The notes below the pieces were generated by a model. The model saw nothing but the letters and a program-made list of their open reading frames with translations, was not told the origin of the DNA and did no database searches. DNA of 64,000 nucleotides from Callorhinchus milii. Taxonomy: Eukaryota. Numbering within the stretch: position 1 is the stretch's first letter; every line of letters starts with the position of its first letter. Location of the stretch: positions 136,774,001 to 136,838,000 of the forward strand of contig NW_024704742.1 of the NCBI RefSeq assembly GCF_018977255.1, read 5' to 3'. Positions 1 through 10,855 of this stretch are shown one piece after another. The translations under genes and the position numbers were made by a program.

Positions 1-1459
1 ACTTTGAGACATCTCAAAGATGTGATAAGGTGCTATATCAAATGTAAGGATCATTATATTATTATTATTATTAGCAGTGAGCACCTCCAAATTGAAGTTC
101 CCCACCAACTTTGTAAAGTGCTTCGAGACGCTCAGGCGAGAGTGCCTGTAATACAACGGCACGACTCTGTCGTTGCCAATTCGATTTCAAGTGAAAGGTA
201 AAAAAGAAAGAGCGCGGAATCTGTGAGACGTCAAATCGTGAGGGGCGCCCCCCCCCCCCCGATCCCCGCCGACAGCTCTCGTGTAGGTTAAGCACTTTGT
301 AAAGCGGGTTGCACTGATGTGGAAAGGGTTAAACGGAGCTGGGACAGAGGATGCCTCCAGCCCTCAATTGTGCGGTGGCTCTGTCAGAGATCAGGGCCCA
401 GGCTGAACAGATAAGAGAAGTGAGCACGCCAATCAGATTGGGGAAACGTTGGTTGGTGACAGTGTGTCTGTGTCTGTTCTCTGGTAATTGTTGCTGGTTA
501 TTTTAGCCACTTACAGTGAAGGAACTCAGCCCACAAATTTGTATAAACCCAGAGTGCTGAAGCCTCTTTTGTTGTAGCTTAAACTTAAACTGAGCTTTTT
601 TTATTCAGTCTCAATTTCTCTCTCTCTCTCTCTCTCTCTCTGTTTCTCTCTCTCTCCTCTCCTACCCACATTTCAGGACCTTTTTGCTCAACAGTATCTT
701 TTTAACAAAACTATTTATTTGTTGGTAGATTACGTAGTGACACTTATCTCAGGGAGAATCAAGACCCGTCACAGAAAAAAGAGACGCAAGACTCTTGTTT
801 TCCCTTCACAGGACCCAACCGACCCTTTTTACTCAACAATATGGTGTGTGTGTGTGTGTACAACAACAACAAAATTATATTTGCATACACCTTTCACGTC
901 GGGAGGACGTCCCAAGGCGCTGGATGTATGTCTGTATGTATGTTTGTTTCCCAACCACCACCTCTCTCTTTTCTTTCAAGTCCAGGCCAGCCAGCCTTGT
1001 CTCTAGCTTGGCTTGTTCTCTGATGCATATCGCAGGCTGGCTGGATGGTAATCTCACAGAGAGGGGAGTAGGCAGCTAGTGCTCCCCAGTCGGGTTGGCA
1101 CATTTGTATGTAGACAGAGCTCGCTGTGGAGATGTTATCTCAGGCACATTGCATTTCTTCACAGCAAAACCACAGTTGTGATGTCTGTTTCCTGCCTATA
1201 GTCATTAGCTGACCGCAGGGTGAAGTTTAACCTGATGGCCCTATCCAGTAACTGGAGCAATCTGACTTTTCTTCTGCGCAGGTTTAGAGATACAACCTGA
1301 GCCACCCTCTGTACTCCCTTCTCAGACCCCCCCCTCCTCCTCTGAATTTCAGGTGTCAGCCTGCCTCAATCAGTGTTGTTCTGCTTCAGAATCTTATGGG
1401 TTCAAGTGCCACATCAGAACTCGAGCTCATCATCTAGGCTGGCACTCCAGCACGGTGAT

Positions 1460-1840
1460 AACAACAATAATTATTCTTGCATTTGATACAGTGATTTTAG
1501 CAACGTCTCAAAATGCTTCATAAGATTCACTATAATAATTATCCTGCACTTGAGACATCGTTGAGACATCTCAAAGTCTTCACAGAATATATTGTAAAGT
1601 GGATTGACTATTGGTGGGAGAAACGCCGCAGTCAATTGCGCACAGCAGTTTCCAACAACTTGTCATGGATCGAGTGAAGGGACTATTGCCCCGGGAAAAT
1701 GACCCGCCAATCAACTAACAACAGGTTCCTGCTTCCTGCTGGGCAAACGGAGGAATGTGGAGTAAGGAAACTTGCCTAGGGTTTTGCCCCGCCAGGAATC
1801 AAACCAGGGCCCTCTCGCTTACGAGGTGAGCGCACTGGTG
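1460..1840 (-). mobile_element. tRNA-derived SINE, family A
   Basis: Reverse complement of the family-A head, body and (ATT)n tail. Confidence 0.8.
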
Positions 1841-2327
1841 AATTGATCATTCCCATTTTAGCTGTATGTTTGTGGACTTTTTTGTGGACAAACTTTCTGC
1901 TGCGTTTGCGAACACAAAACATACTATCTTATCTGGACATTCCTCAAAACTAATACTGGAGTTCTGCCCGTCCCTCTTCTGAGAAAAGTGGAGCAGATTT
2001 GTTGTCCTCCCCCTTCCAAATTAAATTGGGAGGGAATCCTGATTCTCCTAAATCCTGATTAAATCATGAAATTTGGTATCAGTGATCAAACCATTGAAAT
2101 TGAAAGTGTTCGAGATTATTATAACGAGATAGACATTTTGAAGGAAATTTTGCTGGCAAGTTGGACAGGGAACAAGATGGAGGGACGGTTTAAGGAAGGT
2201 TGGATGAGGGCAGATGGTCCACTCCTGCCCTCATTGTTACTGGGGTTTGAGAGGTTTGGGAATGAGATGGAGCAGTGAGATGGGGTACTCTCTCTCTGAT
2301 GCTGGGGGGAGAGAAGCATTCAGAATT

Positions 2328-2700
2328 TGTGGAGTTCTGTAAGCATATTGGTTAGAACACTCACCTCACAAGAGAGAGGACTTGGGTCGATTCCCGGGCA
2401 GGGCGAAACATTGGGCAAGTTTCCTAACGCCATACACCTTGTATACCTAGCAGTAATTAGAACCTGCTTGTTAGTCGATTGGGGGAGTCTTTCTTCAGGG
2501 ATAATAATCCCTTCAAAAATAAATTAAAAATAATAATAATTTGGTCACTCAATCCATGACTGTTTGTGGGAAATTGCTGTGGGCAATTGGCTGAAAAATA
2601 AGCAGTCAATTTCACTTCACAGTATATTTTGTGAAGCGCTTTGAGACGTCGTAACGATGTGATAATGCGCTACACCAAAGGCAAGGATTATTATTATTCA
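2328..2700 (+). mobile_element. tRNA-derived SINE, family A, near full length
   Basis: A/B-box tRNA-like head (tggttag...gggtcgattccc), shared body, tail gtgaagcgctttgagacgtc...aaggattattatt. Confidence 0.85.
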
Positions 2701-3359
2701 TTTTACAAATGCACAGTCAATAACCTTTACAGTATATCCTGTGACGCACTTTGAGATGTTCCAACGATGTGATGAGGCACTATATCAGAAGCAAGGATTA
2801 TTACTATTGAGTTGTGCAAAGGTTTCTATACATAGAAATGGACCTGGGGAGATTCCAGAATGTGCTCGGTTTGCGGGTTTGGGCAGGTTGTTTCCAACAG
2901 CAGCCAAAATCGTTGGTGGGTATCCTGGTGATTTTTGCATGGGTTGTGATCATATTACTGTTCCTTACAGGCCTGTGTACATGCATAAAATCTCCAGCTT
3001 GGCTGGGCAAGCTGCTCGCAAAGTGCCATCCACTATAGGACTGGGAGTTTCAGGCTGGGAATTGAAGCTTTGGTATTCCACCCTTCCCCATCTCCCAGGC
3101 CTGGCTCACTTGATTGAACTCTCACCTCTTAATAAGGGTTCAATAATAATAATAATAATAATCCTTGCGTTTGATATTGTGCCTTATCACGTCAAAGCGC
3201 TTCACAAGATATACTGTAAAGTGGAGTGACGGTATTTTCTGGGCGAAAGATGGCAGCCAGTTGTACGCAGCAGTGACCCACAAACAGGCGTGGAGTGAGT
3301 GACCAATTTTATATTGGGATTGTTAGCCAGGACACCAGGAGAGAGAAACTCCCTTTTCA

Positions 3360-3510
3360 AGCTTTCAGGTTGTGCCTGAAGAGCTTCCTCTTCAACCGTG
3401 CCTGTGGTCACTTTCCCCCTCCCCCTGGCTCAGCAGCGGGCTCCGCCATTGTTAAGCGCTCTGGGACCCCACCTGGAGTAGAAAACGCTATATTTTGTTG
3501 TTGTTGTTCT
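3360..3510 (+). mobile_element. L2-type LINE 3' end (second subfamily) nested in a minus-strand Deu-type SINE (about 3140-3720)
   Basis: Similar to the 3' end of the element at 17641-18145. (GTT)n tail. SINE sequence continues on both sides. Confidence 0.65.
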
Positions 3511-4675
3511 CTTTTCAAATAGTGCCATGGAATCTTTAACACCCATCAGAACAAGGAGATGGGATCTAGGTTTAACATTTCATCCGAAGGATGGCGCTTC
3601 CAACAATGCAATACCTCTCCAGCAAAGCATTGGAGCGTCAGCTTAGTCTATGTGATTCGAAGACCCGATGTGGGGCTTGAACCCTTCCAGTCAGAGGCGA
3701 GAGCGCTATCACTGAGCCAGGTTGGCATGTCGGGACTTTGAACTCGGTCTAGGCTGACCAGCGAAGTATCAGAGATGCTGCCCTTTGGATGAACCAAGGC
3801 GGATATTAAAGATCTTGTGGCACTATTCAAAAAGAGAAGGGAGTTTCTCTTGGCCAAGAATCTCCCACATAAAATTGGTCAGTCACACAGGGCAAGGGCT
3901 GTTGTTGACAGGAATTAAGAGTCTGGAATGCTAGTGCAGCGCAGTACTAAAGAGAGCACTACAGTTATAGCTGCAAGTTATGAGTTGGAAATCCCACAGA
4001 ATCGCTTCGAGACATGATAGCCACTGTATCAGATGTTGGGATCATGTAATATTATTATTCCTTTTGAGAGATTTTGATAAGATGCTATAAAAAGGCAAGT
4101 TCTTTCTTACATTTGCTTTAATGAACCTTCATGACTGGTTTGACTCCGAAGGTAGCGAGTAGCGTACCAGGCTGGTATTCCCAGATCCGCAGTCTAAGAA
4201 TTGTCATATTGATCCAATCCTCGGTTAACAGATGTCAGTCGCTTTGGTCGGAGCTGGTTACACGATCACTCGCCCTGTCCTCTTTCTTTGTCAGTTAAGC
4301 AGGCAGCGTATCATTGACGGATCCATTTCACTATCTCTGATCGTCGACAGACTTGGAAGGAGCCTGGGAGAGAGGTCGCACAATACAGCAATTTCTTTGG
4401 AGAGATGAAACGGCCCCTTTCATTATTTATGAGGATGAGTCACTCATGATTGGAGCCTCGGCGACAAAGGCAGGGAGGGAGTGGGCCATGAATAATGGAG
4501 TGGCATATGATCGTCTCTCTCCAGTTCACAGTGTCAATGTTTCCCTTGTGTTGGGCCAACAATCTGCTCTTCATCTGAACCCTGCCCTGCTTAGAAAACC
4601 CAGATTGTTGTGAACTACTCAGAGAGTGCTTCGCTGCACTCCTTTCAAATACCAGTGTTTGTCCAGCTCAGTCGG

Positions 4676-5135
4676 CAACAATAACAACAAAAAGCACCTT
4701 TCACGTCGGGAGGACGTCCCAAGGCGCTGGACAGTCAGTGTTTCGGACCCGAGCTGAGGGTCAGATTGGGGAGGGTGGAGGGCAGTGTGGGAGAAGGTCT
4801 GCCCGCCAATTGGGGGGTGGGGTGCGAGGCGGGGGACGTGAAGCAGGCCAGTGCCCACTGAGCTGAGGGAGCAGGCAGGTTGGTAGGGGATTAGAAGGTC
4901 GCAGAGGTAGATGGGAGTAAGGCCGTGGAGGGCTTTGAAGACGAGGACCAGGATCTTGAACTGTACCCTATGTATGATGGGAAGCCAGTGGAGTCGGGCG
5001 AGGATGGAGTTGATAGGGTCACGGAGCCTGGTGAGGGAGAGAACGAGGTTGTAGATGATCTGCAGCCTCTGGAGGGAGGAGTTGGGGAGACCAACAAGCA
5101 GGGAGTTTGCATAGATGAGAGAGGAGGAGACAGGT
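4676..5135 (-). mobile_element. 5'-truncated L2 LINE (ORF2 C-terminus plus 3' tail)
   Basis: Peptide NSLLVGLP..LQRLQ..LARLHWLPI..RVQFKILVLVFKALHGLTPIYLCDLL; (GTT)n tail. Confidence 0.9.
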
Positions 5136-5856
5136 TCGAAGGTGTAAGAGGGAGGGATGGGTGGAGGCCGGGGTGTGAGGGGGAGATGAGAAGGGGATAG
5201 CGGTCGGAAGGACAGAGACAGCTGAGCAGATCCCTTCAACTTTGGTCTTGCCTGTGGTTTAGAAATGTGTGAATTCAGATTCGAACCCTATCCGTTGCTC
5301 GCAGTTGAGACTGAGACTCTTAACACTATCACTGAGCTGTGGGCAGAGCGGAGAAGGTGCCCTCGTTTCAGATGAGACGTTAAACTGAGCTCCCGCCTGT
5401 TCAGATGATCCTAAAACATCCCGTGAGTCAGAACTTAGAGAAGTTCGTCCAGTGTCCTGACCAACACATTGTTTGTAGGACATTGCCAGGAGGCATGTTT
5501 AACCTAAAATCATGGACTACTCCAGCAATAAGTAAGAACCAGGTTGTTAGTCAATTGGCGGATCGCTTTTCCGGGGCTACTTATCCCTTGAAAATAATAA
5601 TCCACAACTTTTGTGGGACACTGCTGTGAGCAATTGGCTGCTGTATTTCGCCCGCAAAATATACAGTGAATCCACTTTACAGTATATTCTGTGAAGAGCT
5701 TTGAGACGTCTCGATGACATGAAAAAGCTTCCACCTAAGTGCGTTGTAACAATGGGCAAAGAAGTGGCAGGACGGCAAAACAAGGAACCAAAATAGTTTG
5801 TTCCACTGAGGAACCAAATCAATTCCTAAAAATTTACAAAGTAATCAGTAGTATTA

Positions 5857-6140
5857 CAGACAACAACAATAAATTAAATTTGTATAGTGACTTTCATGTC
5901 CGAATTTGGACCTGAAGCTGGGGGTTGGGATCAGGAGGGTTGGAGGGCAGGGAGGGTGGGGGTAGGAGAGTGACCAAAGGTGCTGTCGAAGAGAACTTAA
6001 AACGGGTTTTGAAGGAGGCAAATGGGGGGGGGTGTGGGTGGGGGGGCGAGGTGAAGGGACTGTGGGATGGAATTCCAAAGGGTGAAGCAGAGAGGCTGAA
6101 GGCCTGACTGCCAATGGTGGGGTGGGCGGGGAACGTGCAC
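5857..6140 (-). mobile_element. L2 LINE 3' fragment
   Basis: PTIGSQAFSLSA peptide and the L2 tail, in reverse orientation. Confidence 0.8.
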
Positions 6141-6149
6141 CAGCCCAGA

Positions 6150-6700
6150 GCCTGCTGAGCTTTCAGAACTCTGCGGCTCGTGTACTGTCCCGCACCAGGC
6201 TTCGGGACCACATCACTCCCACCCTCGCTCGCCTCCACTGGCTCCCCATCCCCCAGAGGATCGAATTCAAGATCCTCATCCTCACCTACAAGGCCATTCA
6301 CGGCCTCGCTCCCTCCTACCTCTCCGACCTACTATCACCCTACTTACCCGCCCATACCCTCCGTTCCTCTGGCTCCGGTCTGCTCCACATCCCCCGCCCC
6401 AACCGCCCTACCATCGGTGGCCGGGCCTACAGCCTCTCAGCCCCGAGGCTCTGGAACTCCATCCTCCAGTGCCTTCGCCGCCTCCTCCCTTTCCTCCTTC
6501 AAGGCCGGTCTCAAGACCTTTCTCTTCAACCGTGCCTTCACCTCCCCTCTCGACTCTCAACCCCCTCCTCGCTCCATCCCTTCCCTCCCCTCACCCTGAC
6601 CATTTCCACCCTGCTGGGATCCCGACCCAACTATCCAGCGCCCTGGGACGTCCTCCCGACACGAAAGGCGCTCTATAAATGGAATCTTGTTGTTGTAGTT
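6150..6700 (+). mobile_element. 5'-truncated L2 LINE
   Basis: QNSAARVLSRTRLRDHITPTLARLHWLPIPQRIEFKILILTYKAIHGLAPSYLSDLL...APRLWNS; tail cagcgccctgggacgtcctcccgacacgaaaggcgctctataaat(gtt)n. Confidence 0.92.
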
Positions 6701-7654
6701 GAGCGGTCAAAACGATATGGAGTTAGCAGGTCACAGAGGTACGAGTAGGGAGGAGCAAGTTCCGTTTTAAAACAAAATGGTCTTGGAAGCCTATGGGGTA
6801 GGAACACCGCTAAGTGTTCCCCTAACCCAAGGTTAGCTGGACCGGTTGTAACACTGGAGGGTGCATGTCTATAATCTGTCTTTTGCTTCTGCTTTTGTAT
6901 GATAATAAATGGGGAAAGAGTCTGTTGAGCTAACAATAGACAAAGAAGTGGCAGGACAACAGAACAAGGAACCAAAACAAGGTTCCACTGAGAAACCATA
7001 TCAGTTCGTGGAAACTAACAAAGGATTCAGTGTTATTATGACCGGTCAAAAGAAGCTTTAGGCAGGTTGCACGTGAGATGGAGCCATCGTCTGTTCCTGC
7101 CTAATTATTGGGTGGGTGAGCGATAATTCCTGCCTCACACCTTTTCTGTGAAGCTCTCACTTTGACCAATAATTGTGGGACACCGCTGTACACGGCTGGC
7201 TGCCACGTTTCGCCCACAAAATATACGGTCAATTCACATTACAGTATATTCTGTGAAGCGCTTGGAGGCAACAACGACAACAAAATTACATTTGTATAGC
7301 GCCTTTCATGTCGGAAGGACGTCCCAACAGGACTCGAAGACACAATAAAGCATTATTTGAAATGCAAGGATTATTATTACATAAGGTGTGTTAATTAAAG
7401 GTGCGTTTCCGACAGATCTGGTTATTGCTGTAATGATCCTTGCATCTGAAAACACCTTATTTGGTGTCTGAAAATGCTTCACAAGATTTACTGTTAAGTG
7501 CAGTAAATTTTGTAGATAAATAACAATGTCCCACAAGTAAATGATCTGGGGGATTGTTGGCCAGGACACCGGGAGAGAGAAACTTCCTTCTCTTCCCTTT
7601 CGAGCCTTGCAATAGGATCGTTAACATCCACCTGAACAGACAGGTGGGAACCTT

Positions 7655-8020
7655 ACAATACAATATTACATTTTATGATGGGAGGATGTCCCAAGGCGTT
7701 GGACAGTCAGGGATTTGGACATGAGCAGGGGGTTGGGAGCAGGGAGGGTGGAAGGTAGGGAGTGTGGCCTAAGGCGCGGTCGGAGAGGAGGGTTTTAAGA
7801 CGAGCCTTGAAGGAGGCCAGGGACGGATCGAGGTGAAAGGACTGTGGGATGGAGTGCCAGAGGATGGGGGCAGAGAGGCTGACATGCTGATAGTGGGGCA
7901 GGCCGAGCGGGGGCGTGGAGCTGGTCGGAGCCTACTGAGTGGAGGGAGAGGACAGGTTGATATGGGCTCAGCAGGTCACAGAGGTAGGAAGGAGCAAGGA
8001 GGGCCTTGAAGGCGAGGAAC
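7655..8020 (-). mobile_element. L2 LINE 3' fragment
   Basis: Reverse similarity to 6300-6700. Confidence 0.75.
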
Positions 8021-8190
8021 TTAGTGTATTAGCTCACCCGGCAATGCACGCTCCCCCCCCAGCACTGCACTGGAGTGTCAAGTTAGACTGTGAGCTAAAA
8101 GTTCCTGTCGTGGAGTATGAAAGCACAACCTTCTCACACGGCGCTGAGGGCACATCGCTTACCCTTTACTTATCTAATTTTTCACCACAG

Positions 8191-8340
8191 AAATTCCCAG
8201 AACTGAAGTTCAAGTACGTGGAGGAGGAGCAGCCAGAGGATTTTTTCGTGCCGTACATTTGGTCGCTGGCTTATAACTCCGCAGTCGGCCTGTACTGGAA
8301 CCCGCAGGAAATCCAACTCTTCACGATGGACTCTGGCTAA
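8191..8340 (+). CDS. DYM: Dymeclin, last coding exon ([49 protein letters not shown])
   Basis: Acceptor ...ctaatttttcaccacAG ends at 8190, phase 0. The translation is nearly identical to the vertebrate dymeclin C-terminus. TAA at 8338-8340. Adjacency to SMAD7 matches mammalian synteny. Upstream exons lie outside the window. Confidence 0.96.
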   Translation, partial: KFPELKFKYVEEEQPEDFFVPYIWSLAYNSAVGLYWNPQEIQLFTMDSG

Positions 8341-9480
8341 ACACCAGCGGCCTTGAGCGGTGTGGGGCGAGGGGGGAGGGGAGGGGGGAGGGAGGACTCT
8401 GGGGAAGGGGGAGCTGAGAAGCTAATATGATGTGGAGTTGGAGATAATGGAATAACGCGTACCTGAGTTTTGCATGTTCGGTACTTGACTGACAATCTCT
8501 TTCATGAGGCCGAGGGCAGAAATGTACATAACATAAAACAGCAGTGATCAATTACATACCAAAGCACAGCTTCAGTTACCTACAGAGACAGTCTACACAG
8601 ACGTAACTCGCCCTGAATATTCAGAGTCTGTCCTAAGCCAAGCTGACAATGATAGACTCTTAAATACATGGGAGGGTAAATTAACATGGGGGGAGGGGGT
8701 GGAAGAGAGAGAGGGAGAGAGAAAGGAATGCTTAACACAAATCAGATCTAAACGTCAAGGAAAGTTGAAAAGATATTCTAAATCGCAGTCTAACCTTTGC
8801 TGAAGTTTATCCACAAATCTTGTTGGCTGCTGTGTTGAACGAAAATGTTCAGAACACATTGCATTTCTATATGTCGAGGCACAATAAGTCAGGAGGCAGT
8901 TATCCCCTCTGGGGACTGTCTATGGGTGAGAACTAGAGAGAGGGAAAAAAGATCCTAATTTTTTTTAATATATAAATACATAAAAAAGCATTCAGATGAG
9001 AATAGGTGAATTTTGGTGGGAGTAAATAACACGACAGGTGGGTGGGTGGGTGGTTGTCAGACAGGGACTGTTTGTCTCCTGGGTATTTTGATCATTTTTT
9101 TTTGTCCGTCCAATTTTCAATAATTGTCTCTCCTTTTTTTATGTTTGGGAATGTATTTATTGCACAATCAACGATGTCCGAAATTGGTACTTCACACAGC
9201 GATATATATTATATATACATACGTCTCTATCTAATCCTAGTCAGATTTTAGAAATCTAGTCTTTGAGGAATTTATACTTCGTTAAAGAAAAACCTTGAAA
9301 AAATAAAGTGGAAAAACTCATCTAATATTTAAGAAAAAGTTACAAAAGGTTTGGCAAACTTGTTGTGTTGACTCGCTCGTGATATTGAAGAGTTGATATC
9401 ATCCGGCCTTGCAAACCAACACTAAACTGCTGCACTGAAAAGTTTCTAACCACAATAAAAGGCTATGTTTAATCCTCTGT
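8341..9480 (+). other. DYM: DYM 3'UTR with poly(A) signals AATAAA at 9302-9307 and 9454-9459
   Basis: About 1.1 kb of repeat-free, AT-rich sequence after the stop. The AATAAA at 9454 is followed by GT-rich sequence; interspersed repeats resume at 9531. Confidence 0.65.
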
Positions 9481-9530
9481 CCAGCGATTATCGACATGTG
9501 ATGGTTTGATGTTCAGTGCTTGGCTTAGAT

Positions 9531-9737
9531 CAGAGTGGTCCAACTGGCGGCCCGCGGGCCACATCCGGCCCGGGCATCGATTTCATCGCCCCACCCCCTC
9601 CCTTATTTTCATCTGGCCCACCTGCTCCCTACATAATCCGTAAATGTTATGTTTGTGGAAGGAAAGAACAAAAATATTGCTCCTTGCGGCCTGCGAACAT
9701 TTCTCAATAAGGGCAGCTGAAAGGTTGGACCATCACG
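9531..9737. mobile_element. Non-autonomous hAT/Charlie-like DNA transposon (MITE), degraded
   Basis: Imperfect TIRs CAGAGTGGTCCAAC / GTTGGACCATCACG and the subterminal ggcccgcgggccacatccggccc typical of Charlie-type MITEs. No intact 8-bp TSD. Confidence 0.7.
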
Positions 9738-10269
9738 ACAATCGCGCTCTCACTCTGGATTACATTTGCGGGTTCAATGACTCCCTATCGGGACTTTGAG
9801 ACCCACAGTTTCAGGGTGATAACTGTGGAGTTATTGGAGGTGTCGTCCTTCAGATGAAATGTTTAAACCGAGGTCCCATTAAACATTAAAGATCCTGTGA
9901 CACCGTTAGAAAAGAAAAGTGAGTTTCTCCTCTTGCCCTGGTCTACCCGCCATTCTTCCAGGTTATGATAAAAATCCCTAACGGAGCGCCTTATCACATC
10001 CTTGAGGTATTTCAAAGGACTTCATGGGAATTTACTGTGAAGTGTCGTGACTGTGTAACTTGATATGCACAATGGCTGCCCACAAGATCATTAAACACTA
10101 AATACTTCTAAAGCATTTTGACTGGTTTCAACATGGTAAAACCCTAAATAATTATAAATTTGTTCTTCTGAAAATGATTTTTAGCAGATTAGCATTAAAA
10201 CAATATGCTCCAAATTAAGAAGTTTGGAACAAGTGAAGCGGTGATGAATGTTTGGAACAAGTGGGAACC

Positions 10270-10620
10270 AATATAATAATAATCAACATTTGATAGGGCT
10301 TTTCACATCAGGAAGATTCTTCAAAGCACTTCACAGGATTTACTGCAAAGTGAAGTAACTGTCTATTTCTAATTGAACGCAACAGCCAATTTGAGCACAG
10401 CAATAACCCACAAACAGCCATGAAATAAATGACCAATTTTATTTGAGGCATTGCTGGCCAGGATACTGGAGAATCTCCCTTCTGTTTATGCATCGAGCCT
10501 TTTTGCACAGGGTCTTTAACGTCCACCTGAATAGGCACAGGCGGGACTTCGGTTCAACGTCTTAGCCAAAGGACGACGCCTCCGACAATGCAACACTCCC
10601 CAGCACTGTACTGGAGCACT
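10270..10620 (-). mobile_element. Deu-domain-type SINE, family B
   Basis: The reverse strand reads ...gtcggaggcgtcgtcctttggctaagacgttgaaccgaag...caggtggacgttaaagacc..., a DeuSINE/SacSINE1-like core, followed by the shared 3' tail. Confidence 0.75.
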
Positions 10621-10855
10621 GGTGTTACCAGGCTAGCGAAGGGGAGGAATTCATTGCTCCTGGTCCAGTTGGCTTAGGGCTGCCTGGGGATTGTTTGTGG
10701 TCATGGGATGGGGATGAGATTGCACTCTCTCTCACCCTCCCACCTTGCTATCTCTCAGGATTGTCCACTCAGACAAGGAACTACAGGTAACTTGGAACCA
10801 TATCCCAGGGAGTTACCACAATTAGGAGAGGGAGGAATTCAACAATTGTTGAATT

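Noticed and set aside
2741..3229. 162-aa ORF
   Set aside because: Begins and ends in SINE tails, starts at a non-ATG codon, and has no recognisable domain.
7939..8190. N-terminal part of the 133-aa ORF 7939-8340
   Set aside because: It is intronic L2/SINE-derived sequence. Dymeclin similarity starts only after the AG at 8190.
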